Assembly: GCA_032718475.1 (NCBI GenBank)
Contig: JAUCBJ010007258.1
Span: 1 to 46,237 of the forward strand
DNA length: 46,237 nucleotides
Reading direction: 5' to 3'
Source of the DNA: Nemertoderma westbladi
Lineage: Eukaryota; Animalia; Xenacoelomorpha
Numbering within the stretch: position 1 is the stretch's first letter; each line of letters opens with the position of its first letter. The translations under genes and the position numbers were made by a program. Positions 35,801-46,237 of the stretch are shown piece by piece. A model generated the notes under the pieces. That model searched no databases, was not told the origin of the DNA, and saw only the letters and a list, made by a program, of their open reading frames with translations.

Positions 35801-36652
35801 GGAGAAATCCCGAACCAAACTACATCTCTCCAGAATCATGCAAGTATGGAAATCTACGGTTGAGATGGCTTCTATGTGGGATCACTATCTACACCACAGG
35901 ATAAATCAGGTAAAGATAGTATAAAGTATATAAATATGGTAGCCATTAAGAACTTTGCCACCAGTCAGGTAGAACCTTATAATTGGGATGAAGACAATTT
36001 TTCCAACCAGTATAGAGTTGCCAGATTTAAGACCGACTATCCAGGAGTCCAGATGTTAATCTGCCAAAACGCGCATGAAGCGTTGGAAACCTTAGAAAAG
36101 AGACCTGCCCAACCAAGACCTCTGCAAACATTGCAGGAAGAACATGGGTAGGTTGGTATTTCACAGGCCAGAACAGAAAACATCTATATCACTCAGTTAA
36201 GTGAGAGTATAGAAACCATGGATGAGGAAGTAATCACAGCTGAGGAAACTCCATGCTCCTCAGATAATGATGACATCCAGGTATTGTATGATGAGGATAA
36301 TGTAACAGGACCATTCACAGAAAATTAAGCCTGGGTTAATCAAACTGAATTATGCCATCTGATTCAACAAAATAACGAGTTATTAGCTTAAGTGGATGAC
36401 AAACTCAATGAAGTGGTGGAGCGACACAATGCAAAACTGAGAGATGGACATGCCGTGCGATTCTTTACACAGAAAGCTGTTGAACCTAACTCATACGATA
36501 AAACGTTATCTGTAGAGGACAAGAGAGCTAAATAAATTCAAGCTACGACTACTGGCTATCTCAAAGAGGAGGGTCGTTACGAGATTGGTTTACCTTTCAG
36601 GAAACGAGAACCCAGCTTTATTAATAATCGACCATTAGTCATCAAAAGAACT
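32847..36652 (+). pseudogene. Old decayed Bel/Pao gag-protease-(RT-proximal) relic of the same family (copy D)
   Basis: Fragments match copy C (HRSIIGTR, SDYLRFIGD, CVLCEGPH, FLDSGSTGTF, SSDNDDI) and continue to LSVEDKRA...GRYEIGLPF...NNR; many stops and frameshifts; no LTR recognised. Confidence 0.88.
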
Positions 36653-37741
36653 GTATTAAAAGCGATTTTAAATTATACCGGAAGTGAGCGAAATTGAATG
36701 ATTTATTTACCTTTTGGCGGTTAATTTTAAGGAAGCCAAACTGAGACACTTTTAATTAGGAAGGTCAGAGGCTGTTTGCCCAAGCAGGGTTTATTCTTTG
36801 TAATACTTTATAATGCATTACAGCGTTAATCAGACGCTCGACTATTACAAATGTTTAGTAATTACAATGTCTATAAGGCCGACAAATTGGTTGACTAAAT
36901 AAATAGGTAAAGGAGGGGACTATCAAGCTGATACACCATTTAATATTACTTAATTAGTCTATAAGTAGATATATAAATATTTTTAAGATAAACATTTATC
37001 ACTTTACCAATAGAAACTATATTCCAGCAATCCCATAAGGCCGTACAGACAGAATTGGCAGTCTATACGCAGATACGGTATATTCTAGGTGTACTAAATT
37101 ATTAGTACCAGTACACCTTGGGTATATTACACAATCAATCAAAGAATAAAAATAATAAAAGGGAACAAAGTAAACTCAATAATGCAATAATATTGTACAT
37201 CGAAAAACACTAGGCCTAGTGCTGAAAAACATAGGATTAAAGTTCAACTGTGCACTGACAAAACACACAATAAAACACGATCACAAATGAAAATCTCTCC
37301 AGCTCTCAGTACGGCTGTAGGATAGATATTATTAAGATAGATTATAACTATTTACTAAATTTAAGATAAACTATATACTAAATCGATAATCCGCATGGGG
37401 TTATTATATAAGGTTGTTATTAGTAAATTTAGATTGGCCCAAGGTTGTAGCGTCTTGCTTTGCTTGTAATAATGGGATGAACAGAGTTACATTAACCCAA
37501 TGTATATATTAGGTGTAGAGCTTCTAACCCGATACGAATCAACGAGCTGATCACCTGTCAACCGAAGACGCACGGAGATGAGTCATAACCATTACTGCAT
37601 TAGGTTTAGGCCTATTCGGTAGAATCCCTGACAGTTACATAACGAACAATTAATATTCAATATATATTACCAACCACGGAACCGGTACACTGTACACAGC
37701 AGTACAGCTTTTCAGTCTTTTTCACGACCGGTAAGATAACT

Positions 37742-40700
37742 GAAAGTGAAGGTGAGGAAAGTGAAGAAAGTGAAGGTGAGGAAAGTGAAGAAAGTGAAGG
37801 TGAGGAAAGTGAAGAAAGTCAAGGTGAGGAAAGTGAAGGTGAAGATGAGGAAAGCGAAGTTCAGGAAAGTGAAAAAAGTGAAGGTCAGGAAAGTGAAGAA
37901 AGTGAAGGTCAGGAAAGTGAAGAAAGTGAATGTCAGGAAAGTGAAGAAAGTGAAGGTCAGGAAAGTGAAGAAAGTGAATGTCAGGAAAGTGAAGAAAGTG
38001 AAGGTCAGGAAAGTGGAGAAAGTGAAGGTCAGGAAAGATAAGGTCAGGATAGTGAAGAACGTGAACGTGAGGAAAGTGAAGAAAGTGAAGGTCAGGAAAG
38101 TGAAGAAAGTGAAGTTCAGGAAAGAAAAGAAAGTGAAGGTCAGGAAAGTGAAGAAAGTGAAGGTCAGGAAAGTGAAGAAAGTGAATGTCAGGAAAGTGAA
38201 GAAAGTGAAGGTCAGGAAAGTGGAGAAAGTGAAGGTCAGGAAAGATAAGGTCAGGATAGTGAAGAACGTGAACGTGAGGAAAGTGAAGAAAGTGAAGGTC
38301 AGGAAAGTGAAGAAAGTGAAGTTCAGGAAAGAAAAGAAAGTGAAGGTCAGGAAAGTGAAGAAAGTGAACGTGAGGAAAGTGAAGAAAGTGAAGGTCAGGA
38401 AAGTAAAGAAAGTGAAGGTCAGGAAAGTGAAGAAAGTGAACGTGAGGAAAGTGAAGAGTGAAGGTCAGGAAAGTGAAGGTGAGGAAAGTGAAGAAAGTCA
38501 AGGTGAGGAAAGTGAAGAAAGTGAAGGTCAGGAAAGTGAAGAAAGTGAAGGTCAGGAAAGATAAGGTCAGGATAGTGAAGAACGTGAACGTGAGGAAAGT
38601 GAAGAAAGTGAAGGTCAGGAAAGTGAAGAAAGTGAAGTTCAGGAAAGAAAAGAAAGTGAAGGTCAGGAAAGTGAAGAAAGTGAACGTGAGGAAAGTGAAG
38701 AAAGTGAAGGTCAGGAAAGTAAAGAAAGTGAAGGTCAGGAAAGTGAAGAAAGTGAACGTGAGGAAAGTGAAGAGTGAAGGTCAGGAAAGTGAAGGTGAGG
38801 AAAGTGAAGATAGTCAAGGTGAGGAAAGTGAAGAAAGTGAAGGTCAGGAAAGTGAAGAAAGTGAAGGTCAGGAAAGATAAGGTTAGGATAGTGAAGAACG
38901 TGAACGTGAGGAAAGTGAAGAAAGTGAAGGTCAGGAAAGTGAAGAAAGTGAAGGTCAGGAAAGAAAAGAAAGTGAAGGTCAGGAAAGTGAAGAAAGTGAA
39001 CGTGAGGAAAGTGAAGAAAGTGAAGGTCAGGAAAGTAAAGAAAGTGAAGGTCAGGAAAGTGAAGAAAGTGAACGTGAGGAAAGTGAAGAGTGAAGGTCAG
39101 GAAAGTGAAGGTGAGGAAAGTGAAGAAAGTCAAGGTGAGGAAAGTGAAGAAAGTGAAGGTCAGGAAAGTGAAGAATGTGAAGGTCAGGAAAGTGAAGATT
39201 AGTAAAGTGAAGAAAGTTAAGGTCATGAAAGTGAAGAAAGTGAAGGTCAGGAAAGTGAAGGAAGTGAAGGTCAGGAAAGTGAAGCAAGTGGAGGTCAGGA
39301 AAGTGAAGAAAGTGAAGGTCAGGAAAGTGAAGGTCAGGAAGGTTAAGAAAGTGAAGATCAGTGAAGTGAAGAATGTGAATGTCAGGAAAGTGAAGAAAGC
39401 GAAGGTCAGGAAAGTGAAGAAAGTGAAGGTGAAGAAAGTGAAGAAAGTGAAGGTAAGGAAAGTGAAGGTGAGGAAAGTGAAGAAAAAGAAAGTGAAGGAC
39501 AGGAAAGTAAAGAAAGTGAAGATCAGGAAAGTGAAAGTTAGGAAAGTGAAGGTCAGGAAAGTGAAGGTCAGGAAAGTGAAGGTCAGGAAAGTGAAGATCA
39601 GGAAAGTGAAGAAAGTGAAGGTCAGGAAAGTGAAGAAAGTGAAGGTCAGAAAAGTGAAGAAAGTGAAGATGAGGAAATCGAAGTTCAGGAAAGTGAAGAT
39701 CAGGAAAGTGAAGAAAGTGAAGGTCAGGAAAGTGAAGAAAGTGAAGGTCAGAAAAGTGAAGAAAGTGAAGATGAGGAAATCGAAGTTCAGGAAAGTGAAA
39801 AAAGTGAAGGTCAGGAAAGTGAAGAAAGTGAAGGTAAGGAAAGTGAAGTTGAGGAAAGTGAAGAAAAAGAAAGTGAAGGACAGGAAAGTAAAGAAAGTGA
39901 AGATCAGGAAAGTGAAAGTTAGGAAAGTGAAGGTCAGGAAAGTGAAGGTCAGGAAAGTGAAGGTCAGGAAAGTGAAGAAAGTGAAGGTCAGAAAAGTGAA
40001 GAAAGTGAAGGTGAGGAAAGTGAAGAAAGTAAAGATCAGGAAAGTGAAGAAAGTGAAGGTGAGGAAAGTGAAGAAAGTGAATGTCAGGAATGTGAAGAAA
40101 GTGAAGGACAGGAATGTTAAGGTGAGGAAAGTGATAAACGTGAACGGGAGAAAAGTGAAGAAAGTGAAGATCAGGAATATCAAGAATGTGAAGGTCAGGA
40201 AAGTGAAGAAAGTGAAGGTCAGGAAAGTGAAGAAAGTGAACGTGAGGAAAGTGAAGAAAGTGAAGGTAAGGAAAGTGAAGTTGAGGAAAGTGAAGAAAAA
40301 GAAAGTGAAGGACAGGAAAGTAAAGAAAGTGAAGATCAGGAAAGTGAAAGTTAGGAAAGTGAAGATCAGGAAAGTGAAGGTCAGGAAAGTGAAGATCAGG
40401 AAAGTGAAGGTCAGGAAAGTGAAGAAAGTGAAGGTCAGAAAAGTGAAGGAAGTGAAGGTGAGGAAAGTGAAGAAAGTAAAGATCAGGAAAGTGAAGAAAG
40501 TGAAGGTGAGGAAAGTGAAGAAAGTAAAGATCAGGAAAGTGAAGAAAGTGAAGGTGAGGAAAGTGAAGATGAGGAAATCGAAGTTCAGGAAAGTGAAAAA
40601 AGTGAAGGTCAGGAAGGTGAAGAAAGTCAAGGTCAGGAAAGTGAAGAAAGTGAACGTGAGGAAAGAGAAGAAAGTGAAGGTAAGGAAAGTGAAGTTGAGG

Positions 40701-41155
40701 AAAGTGAAGAAAAAGAACGTGAAGGACAGGAAAGTAAAGAAAGTGAAGATCAGGAAAGTGAAAGTTAGGAAAGTGAAGGTCAGGAAAGTGAAGGTCAGGA
40801 AAGTGAAGGTCAGGAAAGTGAAGAAAGTGAAGAAAGTGAAGGTCAGGAAAGTGAAGAAAGTGAAGGTCAGAAAAGTGAAGAAAGTGAAGGTGAGGAAAGT
40901 GAAGAAAGTAAAGATCAGGAAAGTGAAGAAAGTGAAGGTGAGGAAAGTGAAGAAAGTGAATGTCAGGAATGTGAAGAAAGTGAAGGACAGGAATGTTAAG
41001 GTGAGGAAAGTGATAAACGTGAACGGGAGAAAAGTGAAGAAAGTGAAGATCAGGAATATCAAGAATGTGAAGGTCAGGAAAGTGAAGAAAGTGAAGGTCA
41101 GGAAAGTGAAGAAAGTGAAGGTCAGGAAAGTGAAGAAAGTGAAGGTCAGGAAAGT
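37742..41155 (+). repeat. 3.4-kb purine-rich minisatellite with higher-order structure (9-bp GAAAGTGAA and 15-bp GAAAGTGAAGGTCAG units)
   Basis: Directly visible; the variant marker GATA recurs at 38037, 38244, 38560 and 38876 (spacings 207, 316, 316). Confidence 0.97.
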
Positions 41156-41379
41156 TGTAAAGTGCCAATGCAGTCGAGCCTAATAATAGATACTAAAAGT
41201 ACACCAACTTCTGCTGGCAAGATTATTGCCTGATGTCTTCCACTAAACTTGGGCGAATCAATTGCCCGGGCTAACTTGACAATCAGGGTGACTGGTCCCT
41301 AATCGGTGATGCAAAAATACAGTCTACAGAAAAACAATGTTTTACCACTCCAGTATAATCAATTATATTAATATCTTAA

Positions 41380-41442
41380 CACTAGAACAGCCGGCATTTT
41401 GATATACCTAGAACAGCCAAAGTGAGTCAATTGACTCATTTT
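41380..41442 (+). repeat. piggyBac left TIR and subterminal repeat containing the palindrome TGAGTCAATTGACTCA
   Basis: CTAGAACAGCC occurs twice; the second copy is followed by the 16-bp palindrome. Confidence 0.9.
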
Positions 41443-41974
41443 AGTTTTGAGGCTATTTTTTGGTATTTAAAACCAAAATTACATCTTGAAATGTCTTTAA
41501 TATAGTTCACATGTATTATGCAATCATTATGATATATGTATATATTAACTGATGTGATGACTCATCACAATGATGAAGATGTGGCTGGCCACGAGAAAAG
41601 GGACCTTATGTCGCAAAACCTGATTCTGAGATAATCGCGTTTAAAGTTTCCCTCTATTTTTGGACAAATTTAATTGGATTATCAATTTAGAAATGTATAA
41701 AACGATGAGGGAAATTCAAATTGGTTCTGATATTCAATATACCTAGGAAATAACTAATTACAGGAAGCAATATAAGATGTTGCAGTATTCTATATCCCAC
41801 TGTTTTAGGGTTTTCATGTCAGAATTTAGGACTGAAATAAATTCTACTACTGTAATATATGTAGGTACTGTAGGCCTACAGTTATTTTTTATATGCAATA
41901 TACAGTAGCTATCATTTTCTTAATTTCATTATTTACATTATCAGTTCATTATCTGTGAAATCTTGCATGTCAAC

Positions 41975-43597
41975 ATGGCATTTCTAAGACGACGTATGAA
42001 TTCTTCTCAAGCTTTGAGAAGGCTACAAGAACTAATAGATTTAGATGATATGGACAGTGGTAGTGATGCAAGTGATGGTGAAGTTGATGATGATGCTGAT
42101 GCTGAGATGCAGTTGGAGTCCGATTCAAGTGATAACTACTCATCAGAAAATGATTCATCAGATGAAGCTGTCCCAAATGAAGATCAAAAAATTAGAAGTC
42201 GTGACGGTACAGAATGGACAATACTAAGAGCAGGATCGATGGGAAAGTTCCAAAAACAAAATGTGCTAAAAAGAGCATCAAGAGTGACTGCCTACTGCAG
42301 AAATGTAGAAACGCCTATTGATGCCTGGCGACTCTTGATCGATGAAGGATTACTACGCAATATAGTTCAATGCACCGAGGAATATGCAAAAACTTTCAAT
42401 GTTGACTGGAATGTATCCGAAGATGAACTTGATGCTTTTATTGGATTATTATACATGAGAGGCTTATCAAATCAGCGAAATTTTCCGTTGGATTTACTTT
42501 GGTCAAATGAACTGGGCTCTCAGATATTCAAAGATACCATGTCGCGTAATCGTTTTAGAGAAATAAAAAAATTTCTTCGGTTTGATCGAAAATCTACAAG
42601 ACATATACGTTTAGAGGATGATAAATTTGCTCTTGCTTCCGAAATGTTGGATCGATTTGTGGAAAACAGTCAAAAGGCTTATCTTCCAGATGAATCCCTC
42701 ACTATTGATGAGCAGCTGTTTCCGACTAAAGCGCGCTGCAGGTTCACTCAATACATGCCAAATAAGCCTGATAAGTTTGGGATAAAATTCTGGATATTGG
42801 CGGAATTAGACTCAAAGTACTGTCTGAACATTCGTCCGTATCTTGGCCGAGATGAAACGAGAACTGAACAGCTAGGAACTCATGTTGTGATGACACTGAT
42901 GAAGCCATACTTTGGATTTGGTTATAATGTCACTACCGATAACTATTTCACTTCGCGTGACCTCGCACTCAAACTCATAGAGAAACGGACTTCGATAGTA
43001 GGTACGGTTCGTGGAGACAGACGGGAAATACCTACAGTAAAAAAAATGCAACAACACGAGTCTACTTTTTTCAAAAATGGTTCGATAAGTCTTGTGCGGT
43101 ATCAGGCGAAAAAAGATAAGATGGTAAATATGTTATCGACGCAGCATCAAGGGACATTTTGCGAGGGGACGAAAAATAAACCAGAGTCGATACTATATTA
43201 TAATAAGAATAAGTGTGGCGTGGATATGCTTGACTCAATGTGTAGGCAGATGTCAACAAAGCCTGGATGCCGTAGATGGCCCTTCGCTGTTTTTTGTAAC
43301 ATTTTGGATCTCGCTGCAATAAATGCTTGGATAATATACAAAAAAGTTACAGGCAGAAAAGTATGTCATCGAAATTTCATTCTGGAATTAGTTCGGGAAC
43401 TGACAAAAATATCCATTGAAAAACGTAAGACTGAGAAATCTCGTTTGGATACAGCTGCAACTGGATCTGCTCGCAAGCGAAAAAACTGTCAAATTCAATC
43501 GGACTGTAAGCGAAATCGTAGTAGTGAAACATGTTTGAAATGTGGTCTATTCGTGTGCGGAAAGTGTTTATCAAAGATTTGTAAAAAGTGTGAATGA
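41975..43597 (+). CDS. piggyBac transposase (PGBD4-like, 540 aa from the first ATG)
   Basis: Acidic N-terminus, MSRNRF, TIDEQL, YMPNKPDKFGIK, TTDNYFTS, YNKNKCGVDMLD, RRWP and a C-terminal Cys-rich domain; no stops. Confidence 0.97.
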   Translation: MAFLRRRMNSSQALRRLQELIDLDDMDSGSDASDGEVDDDADAEMQLESDSSDNYSSENDSSDEAVPNEDQKIRSRDGTEWTILRAGSMGKFQKQNVLKRASRVTAYCRNVETPIDAWRLLIDEGLLRNIVQCTEEYAKTFNVDWNVSEDELDAFIGLLYMRGLSNQRNFPLDLLWSNELGSQIFKDTMSRNRFREIKKFLRFDRKSTRHIRLEDDKFALASEMLDRFVENSQKAYLPDESLTIDEQLFPTKARCRFTQYMPNKPDKFGIKFWILAELDSKYCLNIRPYLGRDETRTEQLGTHVVMTLMKPYFGFGYNVTTDNYFTSRDLALKLIEKRTSIVGTVRGDRREIPTVKKMQQHESTFFKNGSISLVRYQAKKDKMVNMLSTQHQGTFCEGTKNKPESILYYNKNKCGVDMLDSMCRQMSTKPGCRRWPFAVFCNILDLAAINAWIIYKKVTGRKVCHRNFILELVRELTKISIEKRKTEKSRLDTAATGSARKRKNCQIQSDCKRNRSSETCLKCGLFVCGKCLSKICKKCE

Positions 43598-43955
43598 TTT
43601 AGTGGATATAAGTGTTTTTGATATACGTAACATTTACATCTTGCTTATCAGTATTCATCAATGTATTATTTCGCGTGATTATGTTTCATTTCGTATCATG
43701 ATATAAAGTTATTATATATTGTAAATGATAATCTTGTTCTATATTTCTCTCGATTTTTCACCAATCTTCATTTTGGTATCTATATAATCTCATCTCATTC
43801 TTTGACGCTGCATCATTTACCTGATGCAGCATCATAATGTTGATGTTTCATGATATGTCTAAGATGTGTCGAAGGTTTTGAAACTATAACAAATCAATGT
43901 ACGATCTTTATACGATTCAATTATTGAAAAACTCTCATCAAAACGCATTTATATC

Positions 43956-44169
43956 AAAATGAGTCAATTGACTCAGCTTGGCTGTTCTAGGTATACTCAT
44001 CCGTATCTTCTGATGGGCATCACCTTTTTTGCTGAAATTTTGTATTTAGATACCTATCTATAAAATATTAAAACTCTAAAAATTTCAAATCGATACGTTC
44101 AAAACTTTTTTGTTGAGAGAGGTTCAAACATGCAAATGAGTCAATTGACTCAGCTTGGCTGTTCTAGTG
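43956..44169 (-). repeat. piggyBac right-end repeats (internal copy ~43956-43995, terminal copy ~44134-44169)
   Basis: AAATGAGTCAATTGACTCAGCTTGGCTGTTCTAG is present twice, inverted relative to the left end. Confidence 0.9.
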
Positions 44170-44250
44170 TTAAACATCCATGTGAGCTGTGGTAGTGGGT
44201 TATAATAAAACTGTACACTTTATTATACCTACTTCACTCAGCAGTTTCCA

Positions 44251-44690
44251 TGTGGGGCGAGCCACGAAGTGAGTGAGCCTTAGCGTAGTGGTACCATTAA
44301 TCAACCTGTCGTTCTGTCGTTCTGTCGTTCTGTCGTTCTGTCGTTCTGTCGTTCTGTCGTTCTGTCGTTCTGTCGCGTTCAATTTTAAACGTTAATAACT
44401 CAGCCAATCTTCGATGAAATCTATCCAAACTTGGTACACATGTTGTTTGGCAAAAGTTTAGAAATTTTCTAAGTTGAATTTTCGTGCGGCCTTCGAGAAG
44501 CTAAGATATTAGCAGTTAATTAGTTAATTAAATTGATTACGGTAAAGACTGTCGCTTTTTTTGCAGTGTTCAATTTTAAACGTTAATAACTCGGCCAATG
44601 TTGAATTTTTGTGTGGCCTTCGAGAAGCTAAGATAATAGCAGTTAATTAGTTAATTAAATTGATTACAGTAAAAACAGCACTTTCAACCT
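44251..44690 (+). mobile_element. HINE/Helentron-like element, copy 2, with expanded (CTGTCGTT)n and an internal duplication
   Basis: Matches 25581 onward; microsatellite ~44306-44374; 44378-44540 is partly duplicated at 44568-44670. Confidence 0.6.
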
Positions 44691-46237
44691 GCCTGTTAAA
44701 GGAAATTAATTGTTTTACAGTATAAGACTTCAATAATTATACTTAAAAATTATACAGATGTAATCCACATACCCCATTCTATTATAGTTTTTAATTAGTT
44801 CAAGTGATTTGCTTTAATAATTGTGTCTTTAATTGATCTAAAGTAATTAAAACGGCATAAAAAATTGATTCTCATTAAATACTGCTCATTTATTGGCCAA
44901 TATGCAAGTTGGCTGGTATATAGATGGGAAGGATGTCTGTGTAAGGCAACCAGTTGCTGGGAATGCCAGTGGAGGGGGGGTTGTATGTAACTAGCCAGAC
45001 GGCTGGTAGAGAGATTGGCCAGCTAGACCTAACGTGATTGAAACCTGCATTCCCTACCTCCTACTCTGCTGGTAGGATAGCATTAATTCCCCATCCATTC
45101 ACTCACTCTCTATTGAACTGGCTGACTGGAGGTGTGTGTGTTTAGGTATCGGGTTCAATGACATTAATATTATTACTAAAGTAATCGGTGGGATGTTAAT
45201 ATTCACGGCAGCTATGAGTCTCTCTGGTTAGTTGAATGAATGAAATAAATTATTGTTTTACTGTTCCGAATATCAATGTTTATTTCTGTAGGCCAACTTA
45301 CTCACTTACTGTATTATTATTTAATCTAAATGTACATAATAGTTTAAATAAATTATTTCACAATTTCATTCCAATTCATACTGCTTACGCGACCATGCTA
45401 ATTAGGCATATTAAATGGCAGGATTGTTTTTAATTAAAATTTTTACAGAGCAAACAAGTATATTGTATTTAACTGAAAGTTAATTTATTTCGGTAAGTAG
45501 GCCTTGCGGTTTGTTAGTTTAGTTAATATAATAAGTATCAAATATATTACGTGCTGCTGTACAGTAAACGCGGCTTTGCGTTATTGAATTACAGAATTGG
45601 CGGTACAAAGTACATTAATAGGGATCAGGCATATTGCATTTATATAATTGTTGTTGTAAATGTACAATAATATGCGCCACTTTTATTTTAGTAACTGCAA
45701 TGTGTATTTCATTTGTACCTGCAACCCATTAAAAAGGGCAGCTGAACTTATCGCGGACAGGCTGACTATTCAGCATAAAAAAAACCCCAAATCGCCGCAG
45801 TTCCACTTACAGTTCCATATTATTCTGTTTTGCTATTCAACCCAATTTATCTGCTCTCTGCTACACGCGGTTTTATCCACGAGGTTTGTAAAGTCCCGAC
45901 TTATCGGGAATGACATGAACTTAGCGTCCGGAATATTCTGAACAGATTAAATCTACTTGGCGCTGTAATACTGCATCCCGTTGTACCAGAAGTTATTAAA
46001 ACATACCGGCCCCTCAAATGCGCTCAAATCAGTGGGTTAGAGAATAATTCGTCTAATAACTCGTCCGTGGAAAGAATAATATATGTCGAGGAACATAACG
46101 AAACGCGTTTAATTTATTTATTTATTCCAATTGGGGATTCTTTCTAACGCGGTAATGCGGTGCTATTAAACATCAACACATTCCTGCGCGTGCGTCGATA
46201 TTGTGCACCCTAATACTAACAACCCACCCAGACACCC

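Larger units (their letters stand above)
41380..44169 (+). mobile_element. Full-length piggyBac DNA transposon (2790 bp)
   Basis: TTAA TSD at 41376-41379 and 44170-44173; perfect 13-bp TIR CACTAGAACAGCC; intact transposase ORF. Confidence 0.97.

Noticed and set aside
36712-36725. TTTTGGCGGTTAA resembling the PBS-position motif
   Set aside because: No LTR end upstream and no 3' stem arm; probably chance.
37716-37730. 15-nt micro-exon (TTTTCAG|...CCG|GTAAG) just before the satellite
   Set aside because: Splice-like motifs alone; no neighbouring exons identified.
37722-41168. Long minus-strand FT- and HFPDL-repeat ORFs
   Set aside because: Openness follows from a pyrimidine-rich repeat with unit lengths divisible by three; no unique domain or credible start.
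44200-44382. ORF with TTERQNDR repeats
   Set aside because: Translation of the (CTGTCGTT)n microsatellite.

Overview
Eukaryotic, probably invertebrate, repeat-rich DNA made almost entirely of nested transposable elements. Bases 1-21111 hold a head-to-tail/nested array of three minus-strand copies (A, B, C) of one Bel/Pao LTR-retrotransposon family. Its ~1.15-1.2 kb LTRs (TGT...ACA) lie at 3770-4974, 8505-9642 and 19955-21111. Copies B and C encode Gag plus aspartic protease followed only by stubs of pol: RT/RNase H and probably integrase were removed by in-frame deletions. A decayed plus-strand relative (D, 32847-36652) still carries sequence from the deleted RT-proximal region and so marks the breakpoint. 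A conserved stem-loop, not an obvious tRNA complement, sits at the primer-binding-site position, and ~3 kb of unexplained DNA lies before the 3' LTR. The rest of the window contains decayed non-LTR elements (including an RTE copy with a 9-bp TSD whose empty site is also present), a TA-flanked palindromic MITE, a foldback element built of 21-bp repeats, two HINE-like elements, one K2P potassium-channel-like exon, a 3.4-kb purine-rich higher-order minisatellite, and an apparently intact piggyBac transposon (41380-44169). All identities are estimates by eye; no searches were run.
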